Source: an uncultured delta proteobacterium (lineage in GTDB: Bacteria; Myxococcota_A; Polyangia; Polyangiales; Polyangiaceae). From it: a stretch of 64,000 nt of DNA. Made by a program: the position numbers and the translations under genes. How positions within the stretch are numbered: position 1 is the first letter of the stretch; the number at the start of each line of letters is the position of its first letter. The stretch covers positions 1,184,001 to 1,248,000 of the forward strand of contig CAWKKR010000008.1 of NCBI GenBank assembly GCA_963850305.1, in the 5' to 3' direction. Of the stretch, positions 1 to 8,788 are shown in pieces. The notes under the pieces were generated by a model. It was not told where the DNA came from. It did no database searches and saw nothing but the letters and a program-made list of their open reading frames with translations.

Positions 1-1164
1 ATGCCGTGGAAGGAAGCCCGGATCGTGGACGAGCGAGTTCGATTCATCGCGGCTGTCGCGGAGGACCCGAGGGGAAACTTCACCCGCCTGTGCGCCAGCT
101 TCGGCATCAGCCGGGCGAAGGGCTACAAATGGCTGGAGCGGTACGAGCGGCTAGGCCCGGCGGGGCTCGAGGACCAAAGGTCGGTCGCGAAGAGCTGCCC
201 GCACCGCACGCCGGATGACGTGGTCGACCGGATCATCACGCTGCGGAAGCGGTTTCCATTCGACGGTCCCAAGAAGCTGCGCGTCCGGCTCCGAGACATC
301 GATGGTGCTGACTTCGCTCTCCCCGCAGCGAGCACGATCGGTGAGATTCTGGATCGCTACGGGCTCGTGCGTCCGCGCCGCTCGCGGCTTCGTGTTCCGC
401 CGAGCACGGAGCCCTTGGCCCACGCCGAGCTGCCCAACGACGTCTGGTGCACGGACTTCAAGGGGCACTTCGCTTGCGGCGATGGCACCCGCTGCCACCC
501 GTTGACCATCACCGACGCGATGAGCCGGTACCTCGTCAAATGCGAGGGGCTACCCGGTGAGAAAGAAGGACCGGTGCGTGAGCAGTTCGAGCTCGCGTTC
601 CGCGAGTTCGGAGTGCCCCGTCGCATTCGCTCGGACAACGGGTCGCCGTTCGCCAGCAAGGCTTTAGGCGGACTTTCCCGCCTCAGCATGTGGTGGATTC
701 AGCTCGGCATCGTGCCCGAGCGCATCGAGCCAGGGCAACCGCAACAGAATGGTCGTCACGAGCGCATGCACAAGACGCTCAAGGAGCAGACCGCCAATCC
801 ACCGGCTGCAACGCCGATTGATCAGCAACGCGCCTTCGATCGCTTTCGCGCCGACTACAACGACCATCGTCCGCACGAAGCGCTCGGCCTCACGCCGCCT
901 GCGCGACACTACGAGCCGTCGCTGCGTCCCATGCCGGAGCGTTTGCGAGCTCCCGCTTACGGCGACGATTTCGACGTGCGGCGAGTTAACACAAGCGGGG
1001 TTCTGAAGTTCAAGGGCAAGCAGCTGACCGTCAGCACACTCTTCACCGATCAGCCGCTCGGTCTTCAGCGGGTCGACGAGGAAGAGTGGGACCTTCACTA
1101 CGGCCCGGTGCTCCTCGGTCATGTTCTCCTGCGCAACGGCGAGCTGCGACTCGAGCGGCCGTAG
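1..1164 (+). CDS. IS481-family DDE transposase
   Basis: MPWKE N-terminus and HTH region, followed by an rve integrase core (VWCTDFKG, IRSDNGSPF, PGQPQQNGRHERMHKTLK, YNDHRPHEAL). No programmed frameshift. Confidence 0.93.
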   Translation: MPWKEARIVDERVRFIAAVAEDPRGNFTRLCASFGISRAKGYKWLERYERLGPAGLEDQRSVAKSCPHRTPDDVVDRIITLRKRFPFDGPKKLRVRLRDIDGADFALPAASTIGEILDRYGLVRPRRSRLRVPPSTEPLAHAELPNDVWCTDFKGHFACGDGTRCHPLTITDAMSRYLVKCEGLPGEKEGPVREQFELAFREFGVPRRIRSDNGSPFASKALGGLSRLSMWWIQLGIVPERIEPGQPQQNGRHERMHKTLKEQTANPPAATPIDQQRAFDRFRADYNDHRPHEALGLTPPARHYEPSLRPMPERLRAPAYGDDFDVRRVNTSGVLKFKGKQLTVSTLFTDQPLGLQRVDEEEWDLHYGPVLLGHVLLRNGELRLERP

Positions 1165-1451
1165 CCCAGAGCTCAGCCGCCCCCCTCCATCTACCGCGTC
1201 CGTCTCTCGCTCCCGGACTGCGCTTCCGTCGCCTCCGGCTCCGTCAGCCCGAACCCGGATTGCGCCCGGATAGCGTCTTCGCTCGCTGAGGCTTTGTCTC
1301 TTCGCGATCGGTCCGTGTCGTTGCGCTTCCCGGTCTGTGTCTTAGAGGCACCCGGTTTACGTCCCCACAGCACCGAATCTGTGATTGAACAGAGCCGGAC
1401 CTGTAACCAAGGGTCCCGGTCTATTCCGTCACCCAGGCACCCGGTCGCTCA
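1..1451 (+). mobile_element. IS481-family insertion sequence (left end outside the window)
   Basis: The transposase is followed by a right end ...TGTAACCAAGGGTCCCGGTCTATTCCGTCACCCAGGCACCCGGTCGCTCA carrying reiterated CCCGGT motifs. Confidence 0.8.
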
Positions 1452-1483
1452 GTCCTCCCGCCGGGTTTGTCGCATGACCCTGC

Positions 1484-1818
1484 CGGGAGGACGCGTGATC
1501 CCGACGGGAGGACGCGTGATCCCGACGGGAGGACGCGTGATCCCGGCGGGAGGACGCGTGATCCCGGCGGGAGGACGCGTGATCCCGACGGGAGGGTGCA
1601 TGATCCCGGCGGGAGGACGCGTGATCCCGGCGGGGAGGGTGCATGACCCTGTCGGGAGGACGCGTGATCCCGGCGGGGAGGGTGCATGACCCTGTCGGGA
1701 GGACGCGTGATCCCGGCGGGAGTGTCGATGATCCCGGCGGGAGGACGCGTGATCCCGGCGGGAGTGTCGATGATCCCGGCTGGGAGGACGCGTGATCCCG
1801 ACGGGAGGACGCGTGATC
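1484..1818. repeat. 21-bp tandem array, about 16 units (consensus CGGGAGGACGCGTGATCCCGR), REP-like
   Basis: Read directly. Each unit has CGGGA...TCCCG dyad symmetry. Variant cores GGGTGCATGA and GTGTCGATGA recur. An inverted partial unit lies at 1452-1465. There are no unique spacers. Confidence 0.95.
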
Positions 1819-1853
1819 TGAGCGACCGGGTGCCTGGGTGACGGAATAGACCG
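1818..1853. repeat. Perfect 36-bp inverted copy of 1417-1452; orphan IS481-type terminal repeat
   Basis: CTGAGCGACCGGGTGCCTGGGTGACGGAATAGACCG is the exact reverse complement of 1417-1452. Confidence 0.9.
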
Positions 1854-1988
1854 CCTCACCTAACTCACATAGTAGCACGCCCCCTTGTCGACCGCCATTC
1901 GACGCCAACGGCCTGCCCGAGCAGAAGAAGGGCGCGCCGCTCCAGTTTGGGCATGGGCTCCTCGGACCGCACTCCGCCCCCTCGGGTT

Positions 1989-3576
1989 GGGTGGGGATCG
2001 CCGTCGGAGCGCGAGCACCGACGTGATCCGCGGGCCGATTTGCTGATGGGATGAGCCGAATGGAGGGGTCCCCGACGTCGAAGGGTTGCGACACACCAAG
2101 GACGAAAGGAAGCCCGATGGACATCGTGACCCGAACTGCGTTTCTCGCCAAGCCCGAAGTGAAGGAAGTCGTGTGCGATCTGCGACGACTGGTTCGAAGT
2201 GCGCTTCCGCACGGCAATTTTGCAGAACGTGAGGAGGCAGCGCTCACGATCTTCGACGAGGCAATGCGTTCGGTGCTCGAAGAGGAGCTTCAACACGTCG
2301 CCGACGGATTCGGAGATCTCTTGCTGGTCGATGGCGTCGAGTACAAGAAGCACCAGCCCGGCGTCGGCCGGTATCATTGCCTCGGCGGGGCGCTTCACGT
2401 GGCTCGGGATACCTATCGCCGCGTGGGAGTGCACAACGGGCCGACCGTAGTGCCGCTCGAACTCGTCACGGGGTTGGCGGAAGGAGCGACGCCCGCGCTC
2501 GGGTACAACGTGGTGCACGGATACGCGCAGCACGACATGCGATTGCACGGCGAAGCGCTGCTGGCGGCGCACCGGACGCCACCGCCGCGCGCAACCCTGG
2601 AACGGATGGCGAAGCGACTCGCGACGGTGTCGCACGAAGTCACCCCGCGCATCGAGGCGATACTCCGTCGGGCGGAAGCGCTGCCGGACGGCGCCTGCGC
2701 CATCTGCGTCGGACTGGATCGAACGTCGGTCCCGATGGCGGAAGAGCGTCCCGCTGGGGCGTCCCAAGAGCCTCGAAAAGAGCGCCGGAAACCGCGGAAG
2801 CGATGCGCGCCCAAGCCGATCGATGTGAACTTTCGCATGGCTTACGTCGGCACCGTGTCCACCGTCAACGAGCACGGCGAAGCGATCGTCACCCGGCGGT
2901 ACGCCGCACCGGCTTGCGATGAGCCGACCACGCTGGTTGTGCGAATGATGTCCGACGTGCGAGCGGCCATGCGTCGGCAGCCGTCCTTGAACGTCGGCGT
3001 CGTGCAGGACGGCGCACCTGAGATGTGGAACCTCGTGCGCGACGGTCTCGCGAAGCTTCGCGACGAGGGCGCCGTTGCGAGCTGGGAGGAGGGCATCGAC
3101 CGCTATCACCTGCTCGAACGGCTCGGCAACGCGCTGGAAATCATCGAGTCGGACGCAGCGGCGCGCTCGCAAAAGCTCCACGAGTGGAACGAGCAGCTGG
3201 ATCTGAAGGACACGGCGATCGACAGCATCGAACGGGAGCTGGCCAAGCGCTGCGTCGAACTGTCCGAGGTCAAGCAGACCGCCGCGATGGAGCACCTCGT
3301 CTACATCGAGAACAACAAGGACCGCATGCGCTACGTGACCCTCTCCGCTAACGGGCTCCCGATCGGAAGCGGAGTCACGGAGAGCGCAGCAAAGACCGTC
3401 GTCGGGCGACGCGCCAAGAACAGCGGCCAGCGCTGGAGCGAGCCTGGCCTCCGAGGCGTGCTCACGCTGCGAGCCATACACCAGAGCGACCGCCTCCCTC
3501 GATTCTGGAACCATCTGTCACGCCGCTACACGGCCGTCGTCGCGGAGGCGGCGTGATCCGTACGTGGTCCACACCC
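1989..3576 (+). mobile_element. ISKra4/ISLre2-like (UPF0236-type) insertion sequence, apparently complete
   Basis: Imperfect terminal IRs (GGGTGGGGATCGCCGTCGGAGC versus the reverse complement GGGTGTGGACCACGTACGGATC), flanked by an exact 8-bp direct repeat CTCGGGTT at 1981-1988 and 3577-3584. Confidence 0.88.
2117..3556 (+). CDS. ISKra4/ISLre2-family DDE transposase
   Basis: Motifs DGAPEMWN, DRYHLLERL and GLPIGSGVTESAAKTVVGRRAKNSGQRWS. AAAGGA precedes the ATG at 2117. Confidence 0.88.
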   Translation: MDIVTRTAFLAKPEVKEVVCDLRRLVRSALPHGNFAEREEAALTIFDEAMRSVLEEELQHVADGFGDLLLVDGVEYKKHQPGVGRYHCLGGALHVARDTYRRVGVHNGPTVVPLELVTGLAEGATPALGYNVVHGYAQHDMRLHGEALLAAHRTPPPRATLERMAKRLATVSHEVTPRIEAILRRAEALPDGACAICVGLDRTSVPMAEERPAGASQEPRKERRKPRKRCAPKPIDVNFRMAYVGTVSTVNEHGEAIVTRRYAAPACDEPTTLVVRMMSDVRAAMRRQPSLNVGVVQDGAPEMWNLVRDGLAKLRDEGAVASWEEGIDRYHLLERLGNALEIIESDAAARSQKLHEWNEQLDLKDTAIDSIERELAKRCVELSEVKQTAAMEHLVYIENNKDRMRYVTLSANGLPIGSGVTESAAKTVVGRRAKNSGQRWSEPGLRGVLTLRAIHQSDRLPRFWNHLSRRYTAVVAEAA

Positions 3577-3611
3577 CTCGGGTTTCTTCGGCTACCCTCC
3601 CCCACCGACCG

Positions 3612-4248
3612 ATGAAGATCCCCCTCGACCCCGAAGCCCTGCGACGGAATCTCGCAGGTGACCCTCGGTCACTACAACGACAGAGCGGAGTCCTTCGAGG
3701 CAGGCACCCGCGACCACGACGTCTCGCAGAACGTCTCGGCGTTGCTGGGGAGCATCGAGGGTCCGGCACCGTTCACGATCCTCGACCTCGGGTGCGGTCC
3801 CGGCCGTGACCTCATCACGTTTCGCCAGCTCGGGCATGAAGCAGTCGGTCTTGACGGTGCGGAGCGCTTCGTCCAGATGGCCCAAGCGGCCTCGGGCTGC
3901 GAGGTTCTTCACCAGGACTTCCTCGGCCTCGATCTTCCGCGTGAACGGTTCCACGGGATCTTCGCCAATGCGTCCCTCTTCCACGTCCCGACGCAAGAGT
4001 TGCCGAGGGTCCTCCGAGAGCTGCACGAGGCACTTCGACTACGCGGAGTGCTCTTCTGCTCAAACCCTCGCGGCGAGGGCGAGGAGGAATGGCACGGCGA
4101 GAGGTACGGTGCCTACCACGACCTTGTGACCTGGCGGGGGTTCGTGACCGCCGCAGGATTCGAGGAGCTGGAGCACTACTACCGACCGCCAGGCCGTCCC
4201 CGTCACGAGCAGCCGTGGCTTGCCACCGTCTGGCGCAGGGTAGGGTGA
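3612..4248 (+). CDS. Class I SAM-dependent methyltransferase (1-nt frameshift near 3648)
   Basis: ILDLGCGPGRD motif I, GIFANASLFHVP and a YYRP...QPWLA tail. The ATG at 3612 joins the ORF-track frame if one A is removed from GAATC at 3647-3651. Confidence 0.85.
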
Positions 4249-4391
4249 TCCTCTCGCAGTGAACCCACCCCTCTCAGAACCGCACGATTGCCTCAGCCTC
4301 CATTGACCCCACGGAGGCGGGCTCTGTTGGATCGTAACCGTCGCGGAATGGACGCCTCCCACGATGGCGCTCGCCGGGCGATGCTCGCCGC

Positions 4392-4703
4392 GTGCCCGTC
4401 CGTCATGATCGCGAGTTCTGGGAGCGTGCGTGCCGCGAGGTTCGGCGCGGCACGAGGACCGCAGACGTCGCCCGACGCCTCGGCGTGAGCGCCCGAACGT
4501 TGCAGTGGTGGAGCTGGAAGCTCCGCCGGCAGCCGACGACGGAACCGGCGGAATTTCTGCCAGTTGTGGTCGCGGAACGTGCGCCGGCCGTCTCGACGGC
4601 AGCGCTCGACCTCGAAGCGAACGGCGTCCGGATCCGTGTCGAGCTCGGCACGGACGTCCAGTACGTCGCGGCGCTCGTCGCCGCGATCCGCGCCGCATGC
4701 TGA
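4392..4703 (+). CDS. tnpA: IS66 accessory protein TnpA
   Basis: HTH ADVARRLGVSARTLQWW, EFLPVVV and an ANGVRIRV tail. It overlaps the tnpB start. Confidence 0.8.
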   Translation: MPVRHDREFWERACREVRRGTRTADVARRLGVSARTLQWWSWKLRRQPTTEPAEFLPVVVAERAPAVSTAALDLEANGVRIRVELGTDVQYVAALVAAIRAAC

Positions 4704-4911
4704 CGGTCTCGGCTGGGGCGAAGGTCTACCTGGCGGTCGAGACGGTGGACCTGCGACGCGGGCACGACGGGCTCTGCGCGCTCGTCCGTGGCGCGCTCGG
4801 ACTCGACCCGTACGGTGGACACTTCTTCGTCTTCGTGGGGAAGCGAGGCGACAGGATCAAGATCCTGTTCTGGGATCGCGGCGGCTTCGTCGTCTATTAC
4901 AAGCGCCTTGC
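4697..4911 (+). pseudogene. tnpB: IS66 accessory protein TnpB, C-terminally truncated
   Basis: VYLAVETVDLRRGHDGL...FVFVGKRGDRIKILFWDRGGFVVYYKRL, followed by unrelated sequence. Confidence 0.85.
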
Positions 4912-5452
4912 CAGTGCCGCAAACGGGTCTTTCCTGTCTTTCTCAGTACCGTTTTTGGTACTTCGATCGGTGATGAGGGTCGGCAAGATGGCCTACCGCG
5001 CCCACAACATCGTGACGGCGGCGCGAGTCAGAATCCAGTCGTTCAACGCCTGGAGGTCAGGCGATCCAAAAGAAAACACGCCGACGTGGATGAGTATTTC
5101 TCCAGGACAGGATTCCGAGCGCCACCCCTCTCCATGACGCTTACGCGCTTTTCTCGCCTGGCGGCTGGCCGGGCGGGGTACCATGGGCTTGGCTCGTTCC
5201 TTCTGCCTGGCCGAAGTACAACGTCGCAGTCACGGGGGCCCTTGAGGGCTACGGTAACGCATCCGAAACCATTCCGTTAAATTCCTGTATGGACCTGCCG
5301 TACACTTACTTCGAAAACTTTACCTCGCAGTTTCTCGATGAGGCGGGTCCGGCCTGGAACACATTAAATAACGCCTGCGCGTTAGTTACTTGGAATCTAG
5401 TTGCAGATCCATATAGCCAGCCTTATTCCTGGAGTGGTTCACCAAGCTGCAG

Positions 5453-6724
5453 TTGGGGCGCGTATACCGCTGGATCTTGCGGCAGCACAAATCTTGTCTG
5501 GTGGCCGTGACAAACTTCGCTTTCGCTGACGAGCAAAGACGAGCACGATCAAATTCGAGCCGCCCCCTTGCGGCGTGGCTCTGTATTGCCGGAGCCGGCT
5601 GTCTTTCCGCGGGGTGCAGGGGCCCCGTAGCTGACGTTCATAACGGCAGCGATGCTTCGGCCGCCGGTGGGGCCGCTTCTGTCGACAGCAGTTCCATCCT
5701 CGAAAGTGCCTCCGATTCGGGCGCGGACGGCGATGGCGACAGCGGGTGCGGACAGCCCGCGTCGACTCCCCTCGCCCTTGCGTCCGGACAAGGCAGCCCG
5801 ACCGCCATTGTCGTGGACCACACAAGCGTGTACTGGACGGATTCCGACAGCGGCACCGTGCTGAAGATCTCCCTCAGCGGCGGGACGCCAACCATGCTCG
5901 CGACCGGGCAGAGTTATCCCAATGGGATCGCCGTGGATGCTACGAGCATCTACTGGACCAATAGCGGCGGCGGCGACGGGACCGGTAGCGTCATGAAGGC
6001 GCCCATCGGCGGCGGGACGCCGATCGCGCTCGCTTCGGCGCAGAACCACGCTGCTGGGATCGCCGTTGACGCGACGAGCGTTTATTGGGTGGACAGCGCC
6101 AACGGCGTGGGCAGCACGGGCAACAACGGCACCGTCATGAAAGTGCCACTTGATGGCGGTGCCACCAAGACGCTCGCGTCGGCGCAACCAGGCCCTCAGG
6201 ACATCACTGTCGATGGCTCGAGCGTGTACTGGACGAACTCTTCCTGCTGCGGCGGCGCCAGCGGCACCGTCATGACCGTGTCCATGGGCGGGGGTGGCGT
6301 TACGACGCTCGCATCAGCATCACCAGGCAACCCTTTTTTCGGCCAACCCGCCCTGATTGGCGGGCAGATAGCCGTGGATAGCACCAGTGTCTACTGGACC
6401 GGTGGAGGAGTGGACGGCCAGAGCGTGATGAAGGTGCCCCGCACGGGAGGCGAGTCCGTCACGCTCGCAGCGGGTCAGATGTTTCCATCCGGCGTCGCCG
6501 TGGACACCACGACTGTGTATTGGACGAATCGTGATGCTTTGCAGGGACCTGGTGTACCCGACACAAACTATTCGGCGGGTTCCATCATGAAGGTGCCTCT
6601 CGTCGGCGGTACTCCCGTGGCAGTCGCCTGCGGCCAGAGCGACCCCTATGCCATCGCCGTAGATTCGACCAGCGTCTACTGGACGAACCCCGAAGGCGGT
6701 ACCGTCATGAAGCTCACGAAGTGA
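5453..6724 (+). CDS. Secreted or lipoprotein with IAVDxTSVYW beta-propeller repeats (start uncertain)
   Basis: About seven repeats of (I/V)AVDxxSVYWT...G(T/S)VMKxPxxGG, a hydrophobic segment ending in AGC, and a low-complexity linker. Confidence 0.75.
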   Translation: MGRVYRWILRQHKSCLVAVTNFAFADEQRRARSNSSRPLAAWLCIAGAGCLSAGCRGPVADVHNGSDASAAGGAASVDSSSILESASDSGADGDGDSGCGQPASTPLALASGQGSPTAIVVDHTSVYWTDSDSGTVLKISLSGGTPTMLATGQSYPNGIAVDATSIYWTNSGGGDGTGSVMKAPIGGGTPIALASAQNHAAGIAVDATSVYWVDSANGVGSTGNNGTVMKVPLDGGATKTLASAQPGPQDITVDGSSVYWTNSSCCGGASGTVMTVSMGGGGVTTLASASPGNPFFGQPALIGGQIAVDSTSVYWTGGGVDGQSVMKVPRTGGESVTLAAGQMFPSGVAVDTTTVYWTNRDALQGPGVPDTNYSAGSIMKVPLVGGTPVAVACGQSDPYAIAVDSTSVYWTNPEGGTVMKLTK

Positions 6725-6748
6725 CTCACTTTTAGCGAACTTCCCCGG

Positions 6749-7565
6749 CTGAAGCGTCTCGCGCCCTTCGCTCACTTCGACGACCGCGGTCAGGTGAAGC
6801 GGTACATCGTGCATCACCTCCGCGCACTCCGCGAAGTGTGCGATGCGGTGTGGTTCGTGTCGACCGCGGGGTTGTCCGAAGCCGAGCTCGACAAGGTCCG
6901 CCCCTGGTGCGAGCGCGCATGGGGTCGTGAGAACGTCGGTTACGACTTTGGCATGTGGCAAGACGCGTTCGGCAAGGTGAACTTCGAGGAGTGGGACGAG
7001 ATCGTGCTAACGAACTCGAGCGTGTTCGGTCCGATCTGGCCGCTCAGCGACGCCTTCGGGCGGATGGCGAACAAGGATTGCGACTTCTGGGGAATGACGG
7101 ACAGCACGTTGTTCGCGTGGCACCTGCAGACTTATTTTCTGGTGTTCCGGCAGAAGCTCGTGCGCTCGGCGTTCTTTCGGGGCTTCTTCCGCGACATGGA
7201 TCCTACGGGGCACAAGCTCGAGGTACATCCAGAAATACGAGGTGGCGCTCTCCGGAGCATTCGTCGCGGCCGGCTATCGCGGCGCAGCCTTCGTCCCTTG
7301 CTCCGAGATCCCACGCTCTTTTCACGCGAAGTGGCGATGGCCGGACTTCAACCCGACGGTCTCGACGCCGATGGCGCTCCTCGCGCGATGGATGCCGTAC
7401 GTGAAGGTGCTGCTCATTCGCGACAACCCGGGACGGATGACGCTCGAGTCCATCTACGAAGTGCTGGACGTCTCCGTTTTCGATCGCTCGCTGATCGAGG
7501 TCGATCCGCGGCGAAGCGATTTCGATATTCCCGAATCGCCGTCCGTTCGTCCGGCGCGTAAATAA
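6749..7565 (+). CDS. Rhamnan synthesis F (RgpF-like) family protein, frameshifted near 6766 and 7222
   Basis: FAHFD...V.RYIVHHL, RENVGYDFGMW, NSSVFGPI, DFWGMTDS and HLQTYFLVF. It continues in another frame as IQKYEVALSGAF...WMPYVKV. Start approximate. Confidence 0.72.
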
Positions 7566-7647
7566 TTCGAAAACACGACCGCATGCGTTTGCGCTGGCGG
7601 GCCATTTCGTTGGCGCACACCGTTCGCAATGATAAGGCTTGCGGCAA

Positions 7648-8442
7648 ATGGCGTCCGACGCAAATCGCTATCAGACGATTGTCGAACGCCACGGGATGAG
7701 CGGGACACACCGGCAGGTGATCGAGTGGACGCCCCGCGGCGCGGACGTGCTGGAGGTCGGGTGCGCGACGGGATACGTGGGCCGAGCCCTCCGTGAAGAG
7801 AAGGGCTGCCGCGTGACGGGGATCGAGTTCGATTCAGCGGCAGCGGCGGAGGCGCGGGGCAACGGTCTCACCGTCATCGAGGGCTCGCTCGAGGATCAGG
7901 AGTTCCGCAACTCGGTCGCGGAGCGATTCGACGTCGTGGTCGCCGCGGACGTCCTCGAACACTTGCGCGATCCCGCGCCGGTCTTGAATCACTTCAAGCG
8001 GTGGCTTCGAAAGGACGGCGTCGCCATCATCGCGGTGCCGAACGTCGCGGCGTGGAAGATGCGCGCGCAACTCTTTTTTCGTGGAGATTTCGAGTACCAG
8101 GACGCGGGTCTCCTCGACCGGACGCATCTCCATTTCTTCACCTGGGACACGCTGCACCAGCTCGTTCGCGCGCAGGGTTGGGACATCCTTGATACGATGG
8201 TAGAGGGGTGGCAATTGCCGGTCGGCCGAAAGCCGCTGGTGCTCATTCCCCGCGATCTACGCCGGGCAGCTTCGACGCTGTCCACTCTGAAGGGGCCGAT
8301 CGGTACGACGGTTTACCGGGCGCTCGACGGGCTCGCCGGGGGTCTCGTCAAAGGTGGCGACGCGGTTCAGCACGCCGTCTTTCGCCGCTGGCCGAACCTG
8401 TGCGCGGGCCACATCGCTCTGAAGTTGCGCGCCCGAGAGTGA
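7648..8442 (+). CDS. Class I SAM-dependent methyltransferase, glycan-locus type
   Basis: VLEVGCATG, FDVVVAADVLEHLRDP, VPNVA and FEYQDAGLLDRTHLHFFT. Confidence 0.88.
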   Translation: MASDANRYQTIVERHGMSGTHRQVIEWTPRGADVLEVGCATGYVGRALREEKGCRVTGIEFDSAAAAEARGNGLTVIEGSLEDQEFRNSVAERFDVVVAADVLEHLRDPAPVLNHFKRWLRKDGVAIIAVPNVAAWKMRAQLFFRGDFEYQDAGLLDRTHLHFFTWDTLHQLVRAQGWDILDTMVEGWQLPVGRKPLVLIPRDLRRAASTLSTLKGPIGTTVYRALDGLAGGLVKGGDAVQHAVFRRWPNLCAGHIALKLRARE

Positions 8443-8463
8443 GCGACTGACCGCACTGCGCGA

Positions 8464-8520
8464 TCAGAGGCGCAGCAAAAACCCGGACGGGTTGAACGTG
8501 ACGAGGAACCGCTCGCCGTA
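8464..8520 (-). pseudogene. C-terminal remnant of a second CmcI-family gene
   Basis: The minus strand reads YGERFLVTFNPSGFLLRL-stop, closely matching the end of the 10334-11029 protein (CERLLVTFNPSGYLLRI-stop). Confidence 0.7.
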
Positions 8521-8638
8521 AGGTGCCGGCGAGGAGCCTGACCGACCCACTCGACGGCTTCCTGCTGGTCGTTCGTCTTGTTGAAGCCCACCTCCGCACA
8601 ACGGGCCGGTAATCTGCTGAGATCGGGCCCCGCCCCGC

Positions 8639-8788
8639 ATGCGACTCCTGCTCGAAGCGCATCACCCTGCGCACACCCATTTCTTCAAAAACTCCGTGGC
8701 GATCTCGAAGAATCGCGTGGACCAAGTCCTGCTCCTCGGGCGCGACCGGGACGTGATGAAGCACCCCACGCCGCCGGCCGCGAAATGA
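8639..8788 (+). pseudogene. N-terminal remnant (49 aa) of a DUF354-like GT-B glycosyltransferase
   Basis: MRLLLEAHHPAHTHFFKN...VLLLGRDRDV resembles the HPAHVHFFK start of DUF354 proteins. Its stop overlaps the wzx start (ATGA). Confidence 0.6.

Larger units (their letters stand above)
4334..4911 (+). mobile_element. Truncated IS66-family element (left end, tnpA, partial tnpB; tnpC absent)
   Basis: GTAA-starting end at 4334, a TnpA-like HTH ORF, and a TnpB that breaks after VVYYKRL. Confidence 0.8.

Noticed and set aside
1484..1818. Possible CRISPR array
   Set aside because: The units are contiguous with no unique spacers, and there are no cas genes in the window.
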